Assembly (NCBI GenBank): GCA_001816915.1
Contig: MHCL01000026.1
Coordinates: 45,501-98,159 of the forward strand
Origin: Candidatus Chisholmbacteria bacterium RIFCSPLOWO2_01_FULL_49_14
GTDB lineage: Bacteria > Patescibacteriota > Microgenomatia > UBA1400 > Chisholmbacteraceae
Reading direction: 5' to 3'
Length of the DNA stretch: 52,659 nucleotides
Below the pieces are notes generated by a model that was given only the letters and a program-made list of their open reading frames with translations, did no database searches and was not told the DNA's origin. Shown here in pieces: positions 34,619 through 44,308 of this stretch; the first letter of the stretch is position 1; each line of letters starts with the position of its first letter. The position numbers and the translations under genes are program-made.

Positions 34619-35494
34619 ATGGGAAAGAAAGCGTTGCTTCTTCTCACCAGCGCCGTTCTGTTTGCAGGCTGCTCTCTGCCAAGCTTTTTGCGTACAAAAT
34701 ATGCAGCTCTCCAGATTACCACCAGGCCTGACGCGGAAGTGTATCTGGATGGAGAAGCCATGGGGACAACCCCCTTTAAAAGCAAGCAAATCAAAGTCAA
34801 AGATCACACGCTGCGTTTGGTTCCCAAAGAGGCCGGTTTAAACACCTGGGAGACTGTGGTATCGCTGCAGCCGAACATCACGACAGTCATCAATTATGAA
34901 TTCGCAAAGGTAAGTGAGCAAGCCAGCGGAGAGGTGATCAGTCTTGAACAATTGGCAAACAACCAAGCGGTTGAAATTGCCGTCGTCTCTGTGCCTGACA
35001 GTGCCTCGCTCAATCTTGATGGACAACCAAAAGGTTTAACGCCTGTTCAACTGAAGGATATACAGGAAGGAGATCATATACTCATCCTCTCCTCCCCAGG
35101 CTATACAGATCGTCGAGTCGACATTAAAACGGTGAAAGGCCATAAGCTGACGTTGGATGTGGTACTTGCTCGGGAAACAGCATTGCTGCCGAGGGAAGAA
35201 TCAGCTGATGAGGAAACAACCCCTCAACCAACAATAACTCCGACTCCGACAGGCAAACCCGCAAGCCAATCGGTTAAACCAAAACTGCCGTATGTAGAAA
35301 TTCTTGAAACGCCGACCGGATGGTTGAGGGTGCGTTCAGCACCTACCACCGCGGCGGACAATGAAGTAGCCAAAGCAAATACCGGTGAAACCTTCCCGTA
35401 TGTTGAAACCAACGAGACGGGTTGGCACAAGATCACGCTCCCGGATGGCTCTGAGGGCTGGATTTCAGGAACGTACGCCAAGGTCTATAAATAG
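34619..35494 (+). CDS. Lipoprotein with two PEGA-like domains and a C-terminal bacterial SH3 domain
   Basis: Lipobox LFAGC, PEGA-like PDAEVYLDGEAMGTTP and ASLNLDGQPKGLTP, and SH3-like GWLRVRSAPTT ... GWHKITLPDGSEGWISGTY. Confidence 0.6.
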   Translation: MGKKALLLLTSAVLFAGCSLPSFLRTKYAALQITTRPDAEVYLDGEAMGTTPFKSKQIKVKDHTLRLVPKEAGLNTWETVVSLQPNITTVINYEFAKVSEQASGEVISLEQLANNQAVEIAVVSVPDSASLNLDGQPKGLTPVQLKDIQEGDHILILSSPGYTDRRVDIKTVKGHKLTLDVVLARETALLPREESADEETTPQPTITPTPTGKPASQSVKPKLPYVEILETPTGWLRVRSAPTTAADNEVAKANTGETFPYVETNETGWHKITLPDGSEGWISGTYAKVYK

Positions 35495-35560
35495 CCTTCT
35501 GTATACACCCCAGTGTCGGAAAAATCATAAACCCCGGGAAGGTACTCTAACGAGAGAGGG

Positions 35561-36502
35561 TCACCCGATCCCATAGACGATGGTCGTGACCAACACGAAC
35601 CAAAAAACGACAGCCAAGAGAAGCGGCTTATCAGAAAGCAGTACTTTATCAGGGCTTTCTCCCTCATTTTTCTCATAGATAAGTTGCAGATAGCGCATCA
35701 CGCCATAGACAACCACTGGCACGCTCACCATAAGCCATTTCTGTGTAGCCAGGGTATGGGGCAATTCAGCCAAGAATCCGACAACTTTGGGACGGGTGAA
35801 AACAGGCTGTTGATGAAGAAAAGTAAAAAGCGCATACGTAATCCACGTGGCATTGGCGAACATGCTGGTATAGACATCCAGGAGCCTGGGACTGTAGCCA
35901 ACCAGCGTGGCGCGCTGTTTGAATAAACCCCCTCCCTGACCAACCAGAAGGGTCCGTTCGCTCTGTCGCTTCCCCACGGCCAAAAACAGAGCCAGGGAAA
36001 CGACGGCAAGCAGGAACCAAACATTCATATGGGCGTTGATGACCAATGCCCCGGAATACACTCGAATGATAAAACCCGTGGCGAGGACCAGGAGATCGAG
36101 GATGGGAATGTGTTTCAGCCATAAGGAGTAAAAGAGTTGCAGTACAAGATATGAGAGGCAAGCCAAAAAGAAAAAAAATGAGTGCGACTGTGCAAACCAA
36201 AGAGACAGAAAATATCCCGCGATGGCAATAAAAAGCACCAAACTCATCGGCAACTTTCCGGAAGCGACGGGACGTTGTTTTTTCAAAGGATGTTGTCTGT
36301 CAAGCGGAGCGTCGACGACGTCATTAAACAAATAGACGGAGGAAGTGAGCAGACAAAAGATGAAAAAAGCGCCAACCACACGCAGAAATGAGTCAAGAAA
36401 GAAAAGCTTTCCGGAGAAAATGAGAGCCGCAAATAATGAAAAGTTCTTTACCCATTGCCGCGGCCTGGCTGTTTCGAAAATGAAGTAAAGAAGTTGAGCC
36501 AT
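35561..36502 (-). CDS. UbiA-family prenyltransferase, decaprenyl-phosphate phosphoribosyltransferase-like
   Basis: ARPRQWVKNFSLFAALIFSG ... YLFNDVVDAPLDRQHPLKKQRPVASG, about 9 TM helices. Confidence 0.75.
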   Translation of the reverse strand: MAQLLYFIFETARPRQWVKNFSLFAALIFSGKLFFLDSFLRVVGAFFIFCLLTSSVYLFNDVVDAPLDRQHPLKKQRPVASGKLPMSLVLFIAIAGYFLSLWFAQSHSFFFFLACLSYLVLQLFYSLWLKHIPILDLLVLATGFIIRVYSGALVINAHMNVWFLLAVVSLALFLAVGKRQSERTLLVGQGGGLFKQRATLVGYSPRLLDVYTSMFANATWITYALFTFLHQQPVFTRPKVVGFLAELPHTLATQKWLMVSVPVVVYGVMRYLQLIYEKNEGESPDKVLLSDKPLLLAVVFWFVLVTTIVYGIG

Positions 36503-37566
36503 AAGAGTGCACCTCCAACCAACACGGCAAGCGCCACGATTGTATAGAATTTCTGCTGGCTATTCAATTGAAGGGCGATGATGCCCAGGATTGCACTGAC
36601 AACCCAATAGAAGATCGCAACTCGAGGTTTGCTCCACCCCAGATCCAGGAGACGATGGTGGAAATGGCCGCGATCGCCCCAGACGGGTGATCTGCCGCTC
36701 ACGATCCTGCGCAGGATGGTATAGACGGCATCCATAGTTGGAATTCCGAGTACCAAAATCGCCATTGCGATTTTTGCTCCCGAAAGAATCGCCAAAGTCG
36801 CCAAGAGGTAGCCGGCCAGCGCCCCCCCTCCATAACCGGGCATGATCTTTTGGGGATAAAAATTCCACGGTAAAAATCCGAAATATGATCCTGCGGTGAT
36901 GGCCGCTAAAATTGCGACTTCCCATTGAGTCACATCCTCGGTGAAACGAAAAGAGAGAAGCGCGATAAATACAGCGGCGATCACCACAATCCCAGGGAGC
37001 TGTCCGTCCAATCCCTTTGACCAATTGACCATGTTCATGCTCCATACGATCCAAATGAGAGCGAAGAGATCGGAGACAACCCAAATCGTATGCTGCAGGG
37101 AAAAAAGGGAAAAAGAGATTTGCGGCCGATCCAAATACAGAACGCCCTCACCGACGGGATTCGTGATAAAAGCAATCCCGATCCCGGCAGCAACTACGAA
37201 GCTAGCTGCCACAAAACCAAGAATGAGACGAAGATACGGATTGAGATCCTTCCGATCATCCAAAAAACCAACCACGGCCAACAACAGTCCGCCAAGAAGA
37301 ATGCCCAGTGAATGTTTATCAATTCCTAAGAAATAGACGGTCGAAAGAAAAAATCCGGTAAAGATAGCCAGTCCCCCACCCCGGGGAACTGGATAGGTAT
37401 GAATAACTTTTGGATGCCGTTGGAGAGCAGGATCATCCAGCCAGTGAAACCGCAGATACAATGAACGAACGAAATACGTGGCTGCGTATGCAAGAAGTGT
37501 TGAAACGATAAAAGGAACAAGAAAGATCCTGGTAAACAATTCAAGCGAGGGCATATTAAATAACAA
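36448..37566 (-). CDS. Glycosyltransferase family 4 polyprenyl-phosphate sugar-1-phosphate transferase (WecA/MraY-like)
   Basis: PRGGGLAIF, GFLDDRKDLNP, NMVNWSKGLDGQ, GYGGGALAGYL, GDRGHFHHRL. A 55-nt overlap with the downstream UbiA gene. Confidence 0.8.
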   Translation of the reverse strand: MLFNMPSLELFTRIFLVPFIVSTLLAYAATYFVRSLYLRFHWLDDPALQRHPKVIHTYPVPRGGGLAIFTGFFLSTVYFLGIDKHSLGILLGGLLLAVVGFLDDRKDLNPYLRLILGFVAASFVVAAGIGIAFITNPVGEGVLYLDRPQISFSLFSLQHTIWVVSDLFALIWIVWSMNMVNWSKGLDGQLPGIVVIAAVFIALLSFRFTEDVTQWEVAILAAITAGSYFGFLPWNFYPQKIMPGYGGGALAGYLLATLAILSGAKIAMAILVLGIPTMDAVYTILRRIVSGRSPVWGDRGHFHHRLLDLGWSKPRVAIFYWVVSAILGIIALQLNSQQKFYTIVALAVLVGGALLWLNFFTSFSKQPGRGNG

Positions 37567-37957
37567 TCAACAGAACTCGCAGTACGGTGATATCGACAAG
37601 AAAAATGGTGAGAACTCCAGCCCAAGCGACGATTCTTGCCAGGAGAGGTTCAACCGGGAAAAAGACACCGGACAGGAATCCATTAAGTGAGACAAGTAAT
37701 ACGACGAGACCTGCGACGAGAAAAAGGAAAGAAGCCGGTAAGAGTTGTGCATTCCCCCAAGGCCGAGAATACAAAAGAGGAATTTCAGGCGGCAGGCGCC
37801 ATGCGGAAACGATGATGAGAAAGACGAGGAAGACAAAGAGAATGAGTGACAGGCGAATTGCCCAACCACCGATTTCATCTCTCCATAACTCTGAAAATGA
37901 CGCCTTGAAATGTTTGCGTACAGGCAGATCTTGACTTCGAGCGACCCGGGTAGGCAT
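37556..37957 (-). CDS. Small hypothetical membrane protein (3 TM)
   Basis: The likely start is the internal ATG at 37957 (MPTRVARSQD...). This avoids the 89-nt overlap the track ORF (to 38122) would have with the GT-C gene. Confidence 0.35.
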   Translation of the reverse strand: MPTRVARSQDLPVRKHFKASFSELWRDEIGGWAIRLSLILFVFLVFLIIVSAWRLPPEIPLLYSRPWGNAQLLPASFLFLVAGLVVLLVSLNGFLSGVFFPVEPLLARIVAWAGVLTIFLVDITVLRVLLIVI

Positions 37958-38033
37958 GGCGAAAGTATAGCATATGGGAAGGATGGGAAAACGTCGGATT
38001 GGAAACAAGCAAAAAATATTTGAAAGAAGCGGA

Positions 38034-39566
38034 TCAGCCTTGGACCGCCTGTGTATCGTCTTCTCGGAGGCGATAGATATCGGCATGGTCAATAACCGTT
38101 TCCAGATTGTAGCGGGCATCAAGGAATGACTTTAGATTATTAAACTCATCAAATGTGTCAATGACAACGATAAATTTCGCAGGTGTCGTTTTCAAGGCAG
38201 TGAGCGTTTCATCAAAGGCACGAAAATCAATGATATGGTAAGAAACGGTATAACGCCCAACAGGCAGACGATCGGAAAGGGCATAAATCGCCGGCTCGGT
38301 TCCCCAAATAAAAATTCGATCCGTCGCAGAGGTTCGTGACTGGATATACTCGGAGATTTGATAATTTCGACGCGCCCCCCAGTAATCAAGGTTGGCTTCC
38401 CAGCTTTCCGCGCCTGTTGCGTAGTGAAGAAAATGTTGGTAATACGGAAGCGTTTTATAGTACCAAAAACCATTAGTAACATAAGCGATGCCAACAACAC
38501 CCATCATTACCAGAGCGGAAATTCGATCCAAGAGCGAGCGACGAAGGAATGGGAAAACCACCAGCAGTGAAACTGGTACCAACGGTTCCAAAAGGTAATG
38601 AGGATACGGACGACTAGAGAGGAGAGCTCCATAGAGAGAAAACACGGTCCAAATCATCGTCAAGAGGACGGGACGGGAGAGTCGCTGCCTCAACGCAAAA
38701 AGAACGGCGGAAATCCCGGCAATAATCAAACCTCGCCAAACGAGGGGATTCTCTAAGACGCCACCTCCGCTCCTCCAGGAAGAGAGATAGCCGATATTTT
38801 GCAGAAGCGCCGAACGGACGTATGGTTCAAAGGCGCCAAGCCAAGCATAGTAGGCAATGGAGAGAATAACCGGAAAAGCAAAACCAACCAGAACCAGCAT
38901 GAAGCGGCGTGAAACAAGCAAACGAATCCATTCCCGAAACAATGAATGAGACTGGGATAAAAAAACCCAAAAGAGGAGAATTCCCAAAAAGTCAAAGACG
39001 ATGGGAATTTTAAATAAGAAAGCAGTCGCAAACAGCACCCCAATCAACGGGTATAACCATGGAGATTTCTGTTTGCTGGGATATTTGAGCATCCGATATA
39101 AGAGAAAGACAGCAGCCAAGGCCGGGATAATCATGAAGTTTTCGCCGTTCGCGATATTCCCCTCCAACAGCGGCAAAGTGGACAGAATCGCAAAGAGTGA
39201 CGTTGAAACAAAGACAGCCTTGTGGTGTTGATTAAAAACGAGTTCGGCCAATTTCCAAAAAATAATAACACCGATGGCATGGACAACCAGAAGAAAAAAA
39301 CGAAACCAAAAAATATTTCCTGCAAGAGCTGCGATGAAGTATAAGAGTGGCGGTTTATTATCATGGATATCCCGATAGAAGACGAGACCTTTTCTTAACC
39401 CCTGCCCGAGGGTAAGGTAAATCTCCTCATCGGCGTAGCGATGCGGCTCCATGAGAGATGGGAGACGCAGGACGAACACCGCGAGAAGAATGAACAGCAA
39501 GCCACGATGCTTGGAAATGAATGAAAGTATTTGCCGAGAGAATGAGAGAGATTGACTGTCAGGCAT
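38034..39566 (-). CDS. GT-C fold glycosyltransferase (GT39/ArnT/PMT_2-like)
   Basis: 510 aa, polytopic. The first-loop motif RYADEEIYLTLGQGLRKGLVFYRDIHDNKPPLLYF is typical of ArnT/PMT-like enzymes. Confidence 0.7.
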   Translation of the reverse strand: MPDSQSLSFSRQILSFISKHRGLLFILLAVFVLRLPSLMEPHRYADEEIYLTLGQGLRKGLVFYRDIHDNKPPLLYFIAALAGNIFWFRFFLLVVHAIGVIIFWKLAELVFNQHHKAVFVSTSLFAILSTLPLLEGNIANGENFMIIPALAAVFLLYRMLKYPSKQKSPWLYPLIGVLFATAFLFKIPIVFDFLGILLFWVFLSQSHSLFREWIRLLVSRRFMLVLVGFAFPVILSIAYYAWLGAFEPYVRSALLQNIGYLSSWRSGGGVLENPLVWRGLIIAGISAVLFALRQRLSRPVLLTMIWTVFSLYGALLSSRPYPHYLLEPLVPVSLLVVFPFLRRSLLDRISALVMMGVVGIAYVTNGFWYYKTLPYYQHFLHYATGAESWEANLDYWGARRNYQISEYIQSRTSATDRIFIWGTEPAIYALSDRLPVGRYTVSYHIIDFRAFDETLTALKTTPAKFIVVIDTFDEFNNLKSFLDARYNLETVIDHADIYRLREDDTQAVQG

Positions 39567-39636
39567 TGTTCAATTGTTTCATGGTTTCATTGTTCAGTTC
39601 AACAATGGAGCAATGGTTCAATAAAATAGTGATTTC
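39567..39636. repeat. Heptad-phased AT-rich spacer of exactly 70 nt (10 x 7) between the GT2 stop and the GT-C start
   Basis: The minus strand reads ...ttgaaccattgctccattgttgaactg|aacaatg|aaaccat|gaaacaa|ttgaaca|ATG. The vocabulary matches 1476-1534 and 20002-20035. Confidence 0.6.
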
Positions 39637-41127
39637 TTACACCTTCTCCGTCACGCGGTATTCGATGTATCGTCCCAACATCAGTCGTGTATGAGCATCA
39701 ATGCCGGGGAGCGCATTGAAGAAAAATCCGACAATTGGTAAGAGCACGAACTCGAAAGGCTGGAACAATCTCTTTAAAAGCGAGACATCAGCCGGTCTGG
39801 GCGGCCTGGAACGGGCATCGATGAACAAGATAATCAGCAGTGAAAGCAGAGAAAGCGTTAAAATTGCCGAAGATACCTGGGGCAAAGTCTTACCCAGAAC
39901 CGTTCGGGAGAAATCTTCGTTTATGAGCGGCGGCAAAAGGGCGCCAACCGTTATGGCAAACCAATTCACAGGCCAAAGAAAATGATCTTCGAGAACATTG
40001 AGGACGCGGAAGGTCTTATCCCAAAAGGAGATGTGTTTTGCCCGCAACCAACGTTTGATGATATACGGATCGTCCGCAACACCCCAAGCCCAGCGCTTGA
40101 CCTGTTCGTATTGGTTACGCATCGTTTTCCAGTACGTTGTCGACTCAGCAGCATCGGCATAAACCGGTAAAAATATCGGTTCCACAGCAAAGTCACCTTG
40201 AAAATGAAAATAACTTTTAAAAAACAGTCGGTAATCCTCAGGAATGACGTCAACATCCCAATAGCCGATCGAATCGACAAGTTTCATGCTCGTGGAGTAG
40301 GTTGAAAAATTGATGAGGCGGTCCCGACGCATGAGAATAAACATCTGTACGACGCTCCACAATGTAGCCAAAACCCGAATTGGTGCCGGAACACGCCAAA
40401 TGTTGTTATAAAAAACGATTGCTGCCTGCCAAATTCGCCGGTAGCGTTTGGGATGATCAAGAAATGAATAGGTGAGAGCGGCCAAGTAGTTCGGATGAAG
40501 GACCGCATCGGCGTCTTCGCTGGTGACGGTTAACGTATCGATATCATATCCTCGCCGATCAACAAGCTCATGTTTCATAAATTTTGCAGCCCATGAGGTA
40601 TTGGATGATTTTCCTGCAACCTCTCCCGGTAAGGTAGGATGGACTGTGGTGAAAAAATTGGCAAACAGGCTCCCGAATTCGCTAGTCAGAACCTTCGCCT
40701 TTCGTACAGCGGATTCTCCTTCCCGTTTTTCAAATGACAACACGACGCTCACCTGGCTCAAAGGTAATGTTTGACGGCGCAAACCATTGAGTGTGCGCCT
40801 CAGGGTGGCGAGGGGCTCGCGATACGTGGGTATAAGCATGGCATGATGGACTCTTCTCCAGTCAGGAAAGAGTGAGACATCACCCATCCAATCAAACTGC
40901 TGTGCTGCCTGCATACGGAAATGCGCGAGGACCGCGAGAAAAGACGTCGATAGCGAGCGGTAGAGCCAATAGATATCAAAGGCCAGGACATAATAGGCAA
41001 CAGCCACCGGAAAGATGAGTGAGCCCCAAAATGGGAAAAGGATTAAAGACCAAGAGAAGAATCCGGGAACGAATTCTAAAAACCGTTGGATGCTGTGAGA
41101 AATTACTTTCTGATGATTAGACTTCAT
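39637..41127 (-). CDS. Membrane-embedded processive family-2 glycosyltransferase (cellulose/chitin-synthase-like)
   Basis: IPTYREPLATLRRTLNGL, TSEDADAVLHPNY and QVKRWAWG (the Q-x-x-RW motif), flanked by TM helices. Confidence 0.7.
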   Translation of the reverse strand: MKSNHQKVISHSIQRFLEFVPGFFSWSLILFPFWGSLIFPVAVAYYVLAFDIYWLYRSLSTSFLAVLAHFRMQAAQQFDWMGDVSLFPDWRRVHHAMLIPTYREPLATLRRTLNGLRRQTLPLSQVSVVLSFEKREGESAVRKAKVLTSEFGSLFANFFTTVHPTLPGEVAGKSSNTSWAAKFMKHELVDRRGYDIDTLTVTSEDADAVLHPNYLAALTYSFLDHPKRYRRIWQAAIVFYNNIWRVPAPIRVLATLWSVVQMFILMRRDRLINFSTYSTSMKLVDSIGYWDVDVIPEDYRLFFKSYFHFQGDFAVEPIFLPVYADAAESTTYWKTMRNQYEQVKRWAWGVADDPYIIKRWLRAKHISFWDKTFRVLNVLEDHFLWPVNWFAITVGALLPPLINEDFSRTVLGKTLPQVSSAILTLSLLSLLIILFIDARSRPPRPADVSLLKRLFQPFEFVLLPIVGFFFNALPGIDAHTRLMLGRYIEYRVTEKV

Positions 41128-41223
41128 GGTGGTGAACGCTGATATGCGATGAAAGACTGAAAAAACTTGAATTGGACAAATGATTCGAGTGATCGATGAA
41201 TAGTGAAACTGTCGCTTGATATG

Positions 41224-42645
41224 TCAAAGGCGCGGGAAAAGCGGCTTGGCCGCTGAAATCTTGGGACCGGAAAACAGTTTGAGAACCGCAGAGGCTGTAT
41301 CTGGCAGGAACGGCTGCAACTCAAAGCCAATCTGACGGATGTGGGCAACAAGCTCGGTCAGTACCGATTTAAGCGTTTTTCCAGAAAGCTCCCAAGGCCG
41401 TTGCTGTTCAATCAAAGTATCAACATCAGAGATTTTTTTCCAGATTTCGGCCAACGCTAAATCCAGGCGGTACGACTCCATATGTTTCACAACCTCGCTT
41501 CGAAAACCGGGAGGGAGATCCGGGGCAAATGTAAACCCACTATTTTCACAAAGCTTAGCAATTCTCGATATGATGTTTCCTAACCCATTCGCCAAATCCG
41601 CAGCATAAAGCTGCTTAAATCGTCGAAAGGTAAAATCTCCGTCTCCATGAGTGGGAATCTCCCGCAAGAGGTAGTATCGAGTTGCATCGGCACCATATTC
41701 TTCTACGACCTTGAACGGATCAACGACGTTTCCCAAACTTTTACTCATCTTATGTCCGCCTGACGTAAGATATCCATGAACGAGAATTGATCGTGGTAAA
41801 GGAAGCTCGGCTGAAAGCAGCATCCCGATCCAATAAACAGCGTGAAAGCGTAAAATGCCTTTCCCAATAACATGCAAATCAGCAGGCCACCACTTTTTCC
41901 AAAGCCGCTCATCAAAGCCCCACCCCACAGCGGTTTGATAGATGTTGAGCGCGTCAAACCAAGTGTATACGACCTGGTTCGGGTCTCCTGGAACAGGAAT
42001 ACCCCATTGTTTAGCGCGTTCCCTGCTACGTGAGATGCTGAAGTCTTGAAGACCGTCCTTCATAAACGCAAGAGCCTCTCTCTTCCTCGTAGTTGGGATA
42101 ATCGAAAGTTTTTCTGAAGCAACAAGCCTCTCAATCTGGTTCTGATACCGTGAAAGCCGGAAAAAATAGTTCTCCTCCTCTACCCATTCCGGTTCAATGA
42201 GGTGTTCTGGACATTTACCATCAACGAGATCCTTTTTTGTGTAAAAATCCTCGCATCCAACGCAGTAAAAACCACCGTAGTTTTTTTTATAAATATCACC
42301 TCTTTTTTCACAAATTTTCCACAACTTCCACGTTCCAGGCCAGTGAAGTTTACGATCAGAACCCCGCCTCCAAACATCAATTCGAACGTTCAGTAGCTTC
42401 ACGAGATCCCGAAACGCCTTCGTGTTTTTATCTGCCAACTGCTTCGGGCTAAATCCCTTCTCTTCAGCGGCTTGAACGATCTTCAGGCCATTTTCATCTG
42501 ATCCAGAGATCAGAAGGGCCTCGTAACCTAATAGTTTCTGATATCTTGCAATGGCGTCACATTGAACAAACTCAAGAGCATGACCTCCATGCGGAAGTCC
42601 GTTGACATAAGGAATAGCGGCAGTGATGTAATACTTCTTGTCCAT
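41224..42645 (-). CDS. metG: Methionine--tRNA ligase (short form without C-terminal tRNA-binding domain)
   Basis: ITAAIPYVNGLPHGGHA (HIGH), KMSKSLGN, and a zinc knuckle CVGCEDFY ... CPEH. Confidence 0.92.
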   Translation of the reverse strand: MDKKYYITAAIPYVNGLPHGGHALEFVQCDAIARYQKLLGYEALLISGSDENGLKIVQAAEEKGFSPKQLADKNTKAFRDLVKLLNVRIDVWRRGSDRKLHWPGTWKLWKICEKRGDIYKKNYGGFYCVGCEDFYTKKDLVDGKCPEHLIEPEWVEEENYFFRLSRYQNQIERLVASEKLSIIPTTRKREALAFMKDGLQDFSISRSRERAKQWGIPVPGDPNQVVYTWFDALNIYQTAVGWGFDERLWKKWWPADLHVIGKGILRFHAVYWIGMLLSAELPLPRSILVHGYLTSGGHKMSKSLGNVVDPFKVVEEYGADATRYYLLREIPTHGDGDFTFRRFKQLYAADLANGLGNIISRIAKLCENSGFTFAPDLPPGFRSEVVKHMESYRLDLALAEIWKKISDVDTLIEQQRPWELSGKTLKSVLTELVAHIRQIGFELQPFLPDTASAVLKLFSGPKISAAKPLFPRL

Positions 42646-42660
42646 AGAGACATTTCACCG

Positions 42661-43671
42661 TCACATACCAATATACCCGTATCTTCTATTCCTTTCATCA
42701 ATATTATTTAGCACCTTCAGCGTATCTTTCACTCTCTTTGCATGTTTTAAGTAAGGACGAACCATTCTTGTAAAATTAAAAAGATCAGCTTTCCGATCAA
42801 CGCTGAGAATCCTATAGTCATTGTTGTGAGCATAACCATCTTTTCCTCGGTAACCCTTCTTTACACCGATAAACAGCCTACTTCTAACTCCTAACTTTTC
42901 TAAAGCACTTCGTATCTGCTCCAGTAAAGTTACATTATAGTTCCCAACCGAGAAAGTTGCTGCCTTTCCATTGCTGGTCACAAAGAAACTTCCTTCTGCG
43001 TCGATGAAACCCACCAGAAGGGGAAGAAACAATGGCTTTTTCTCTAAACCCCAAGTAGGAAACCTATCAAAGTTTTCAAGCAAAAAAGAGAAAGACAAGT
43101 CAACAGCACACTCTATCTGTAATTTTCCTGACTTGGTGGGTTTGCTTATCCATACTCTTCCATATTGCGAAAATAACGACTTGATCAATTCGATCTGGCT
43201 TTTCTTTGTTGACCCACAATCAACTAAGATTGTTTCACTATTTTTATACATCTTCCTCACCCGTAAGTCTCCTATTCTAAAACCAATCAGATAAGCTTTT
43301 TCTTGTTGATTTCCAGAAAATGGAGCCCTGAAGGTTGTGATATGCGCAAGAGATAGTGTCTTTTTCGCAAGTCCATACTGTTTAATTTTTCTATCAACAG
43401 AAGAATAAGCACATTCATAAATCTTTGCAATCTTTCTGCTCGACAAACCTTTGTGTAGATACAATTCATACAAATCCTTTTTGGAAATATGTACTCTAGG
43501 AGGCCCAGGAGTGCGCGGAGGAATGCCACACTCCACCATCCTAATAGAGATAGTTCTAGCAGCATACCCCAATAGGCTACCAATTTCTTTAATTGTAAGA
43601 CAATCTTCCCAATACAATTTCTTCAAAGTTTGTTGAGAAATAGAGAATCTTTTAGCTTTCATAGGAACCAT
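42661..43671 (-). CDS. LAGLIDADG homing endonuclease with two N-terminal HTH modules
   Basis: LAGLIDADG motifs are YLIGFRIGDL and LLVGFIDAEGSF. The duplicated N-terminal HTH-like units are LTIKEIGSLLGYAARTISIRMVECGI and LSSRKIAKIYECAYSSVDRKIKQYGL. The DNA is AT-rich and the stop lies 15 nt from the metG start. Confidence 0.75.
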   Translation of the reverse strand: MVPMKAKRFSISQQTLKKLYWEDCLTIKEIGSLLGYAARTISIRMVECGIPPRTPGPPRVHISKKDLYELYLHKGLSSRKIAKIYECAYSSVDRKIKQYGLAKKTLSLAHITTFRAPFSGNQQEKAYLIGFRIGDLRVRKMYKNSETILVDCGSTKKSQIELIKSLFSQYGRVWISKPTKSGKLQIECAVDLSFSFLLENFDRFPTWGLEKKPLFLPLLVGFIDAEGSFFVTSNGKAATFSVGNYNVTLLEQIRSALEKLGVRSRLFIGVKKGYRGKDGYAHNNDYRILSVDRKADLFNFTRMVRPYLKHAKRVKDTLKVLNNIDERNRRYGYIGM

Positions 43672-43806
43672 TATGACCCTAACTTAATGCGAATACAACA
43701 ACCACAACTCAATTAAACAGAAGCCTTTATTTGAAGGCCGTCGTGGAGCATAAGCTTATGGGAAATCGTACCTTAGAGAGGTCTCCAGAAAAGTGACTGG
43801 TGAAGA

Positions 43807-44178
43807 CTAAGATGTGTTGCTCGAGACCTTGCGAAATATGCCGGTGATTCTACCGGCCCACTGCCCAGCCCATTCTTCAGCCCGGATACGTTCCAGGGCC
43901 ATTTGAAATCCGGGATTGCCGATTTGCTCGGCAACGGACGCAATGGTTGCCGACGAGACCTTGAGGGTATCTCGGATGTTTTCATAGCTGCGGCCTTTCT
44001 CCAAAAACGTCGCAATCGCCAAACGCTTTGCCAGAGCAGTTAACTCTGTCTCAGTCAATAAATCCGTGAGCACTGTTTTGATTTCTTCCGGGGTTCGCAG
44101 ATCGGAGAGTGTTTGGTAGAAGACGGAAAATATTTGCTTTTCTAAAACAGAGTTTAGTTGTCTGCTTGAAACTTGCAT
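43807..44178 (-). CDS. TrpR-related YerC/YecD-family DNA-binding protein
   Basis: LTDLLTETELTALAKRLAIATFLEKGRSYENIRDTLKVSSATIASV. Confidence 0.6.
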   Translation of the reverse strand: MQVSSRQLNSVLEKQIFSVFYQTLSDLRTPEEIKTVLTDLLTETELTALAKRLAIATFLEKGRSYENIRDTLKVSSATIASVAEQIGNPGFQMALERIRAEEWAGQWAGRITGIFRKVSSNTS

Positions 44179-44308
44179 GCCGAAACCCGATTTAATTGGG
44201 TAAACTCAGATTTTTATAACACGTCGATACGAAGCGTGTCAATCATGAACAAAACAGGAAGTAAGGGAGAAATACAAAAGGAGACTTGCCGCGGCTCATG
44301 AAGATCAC

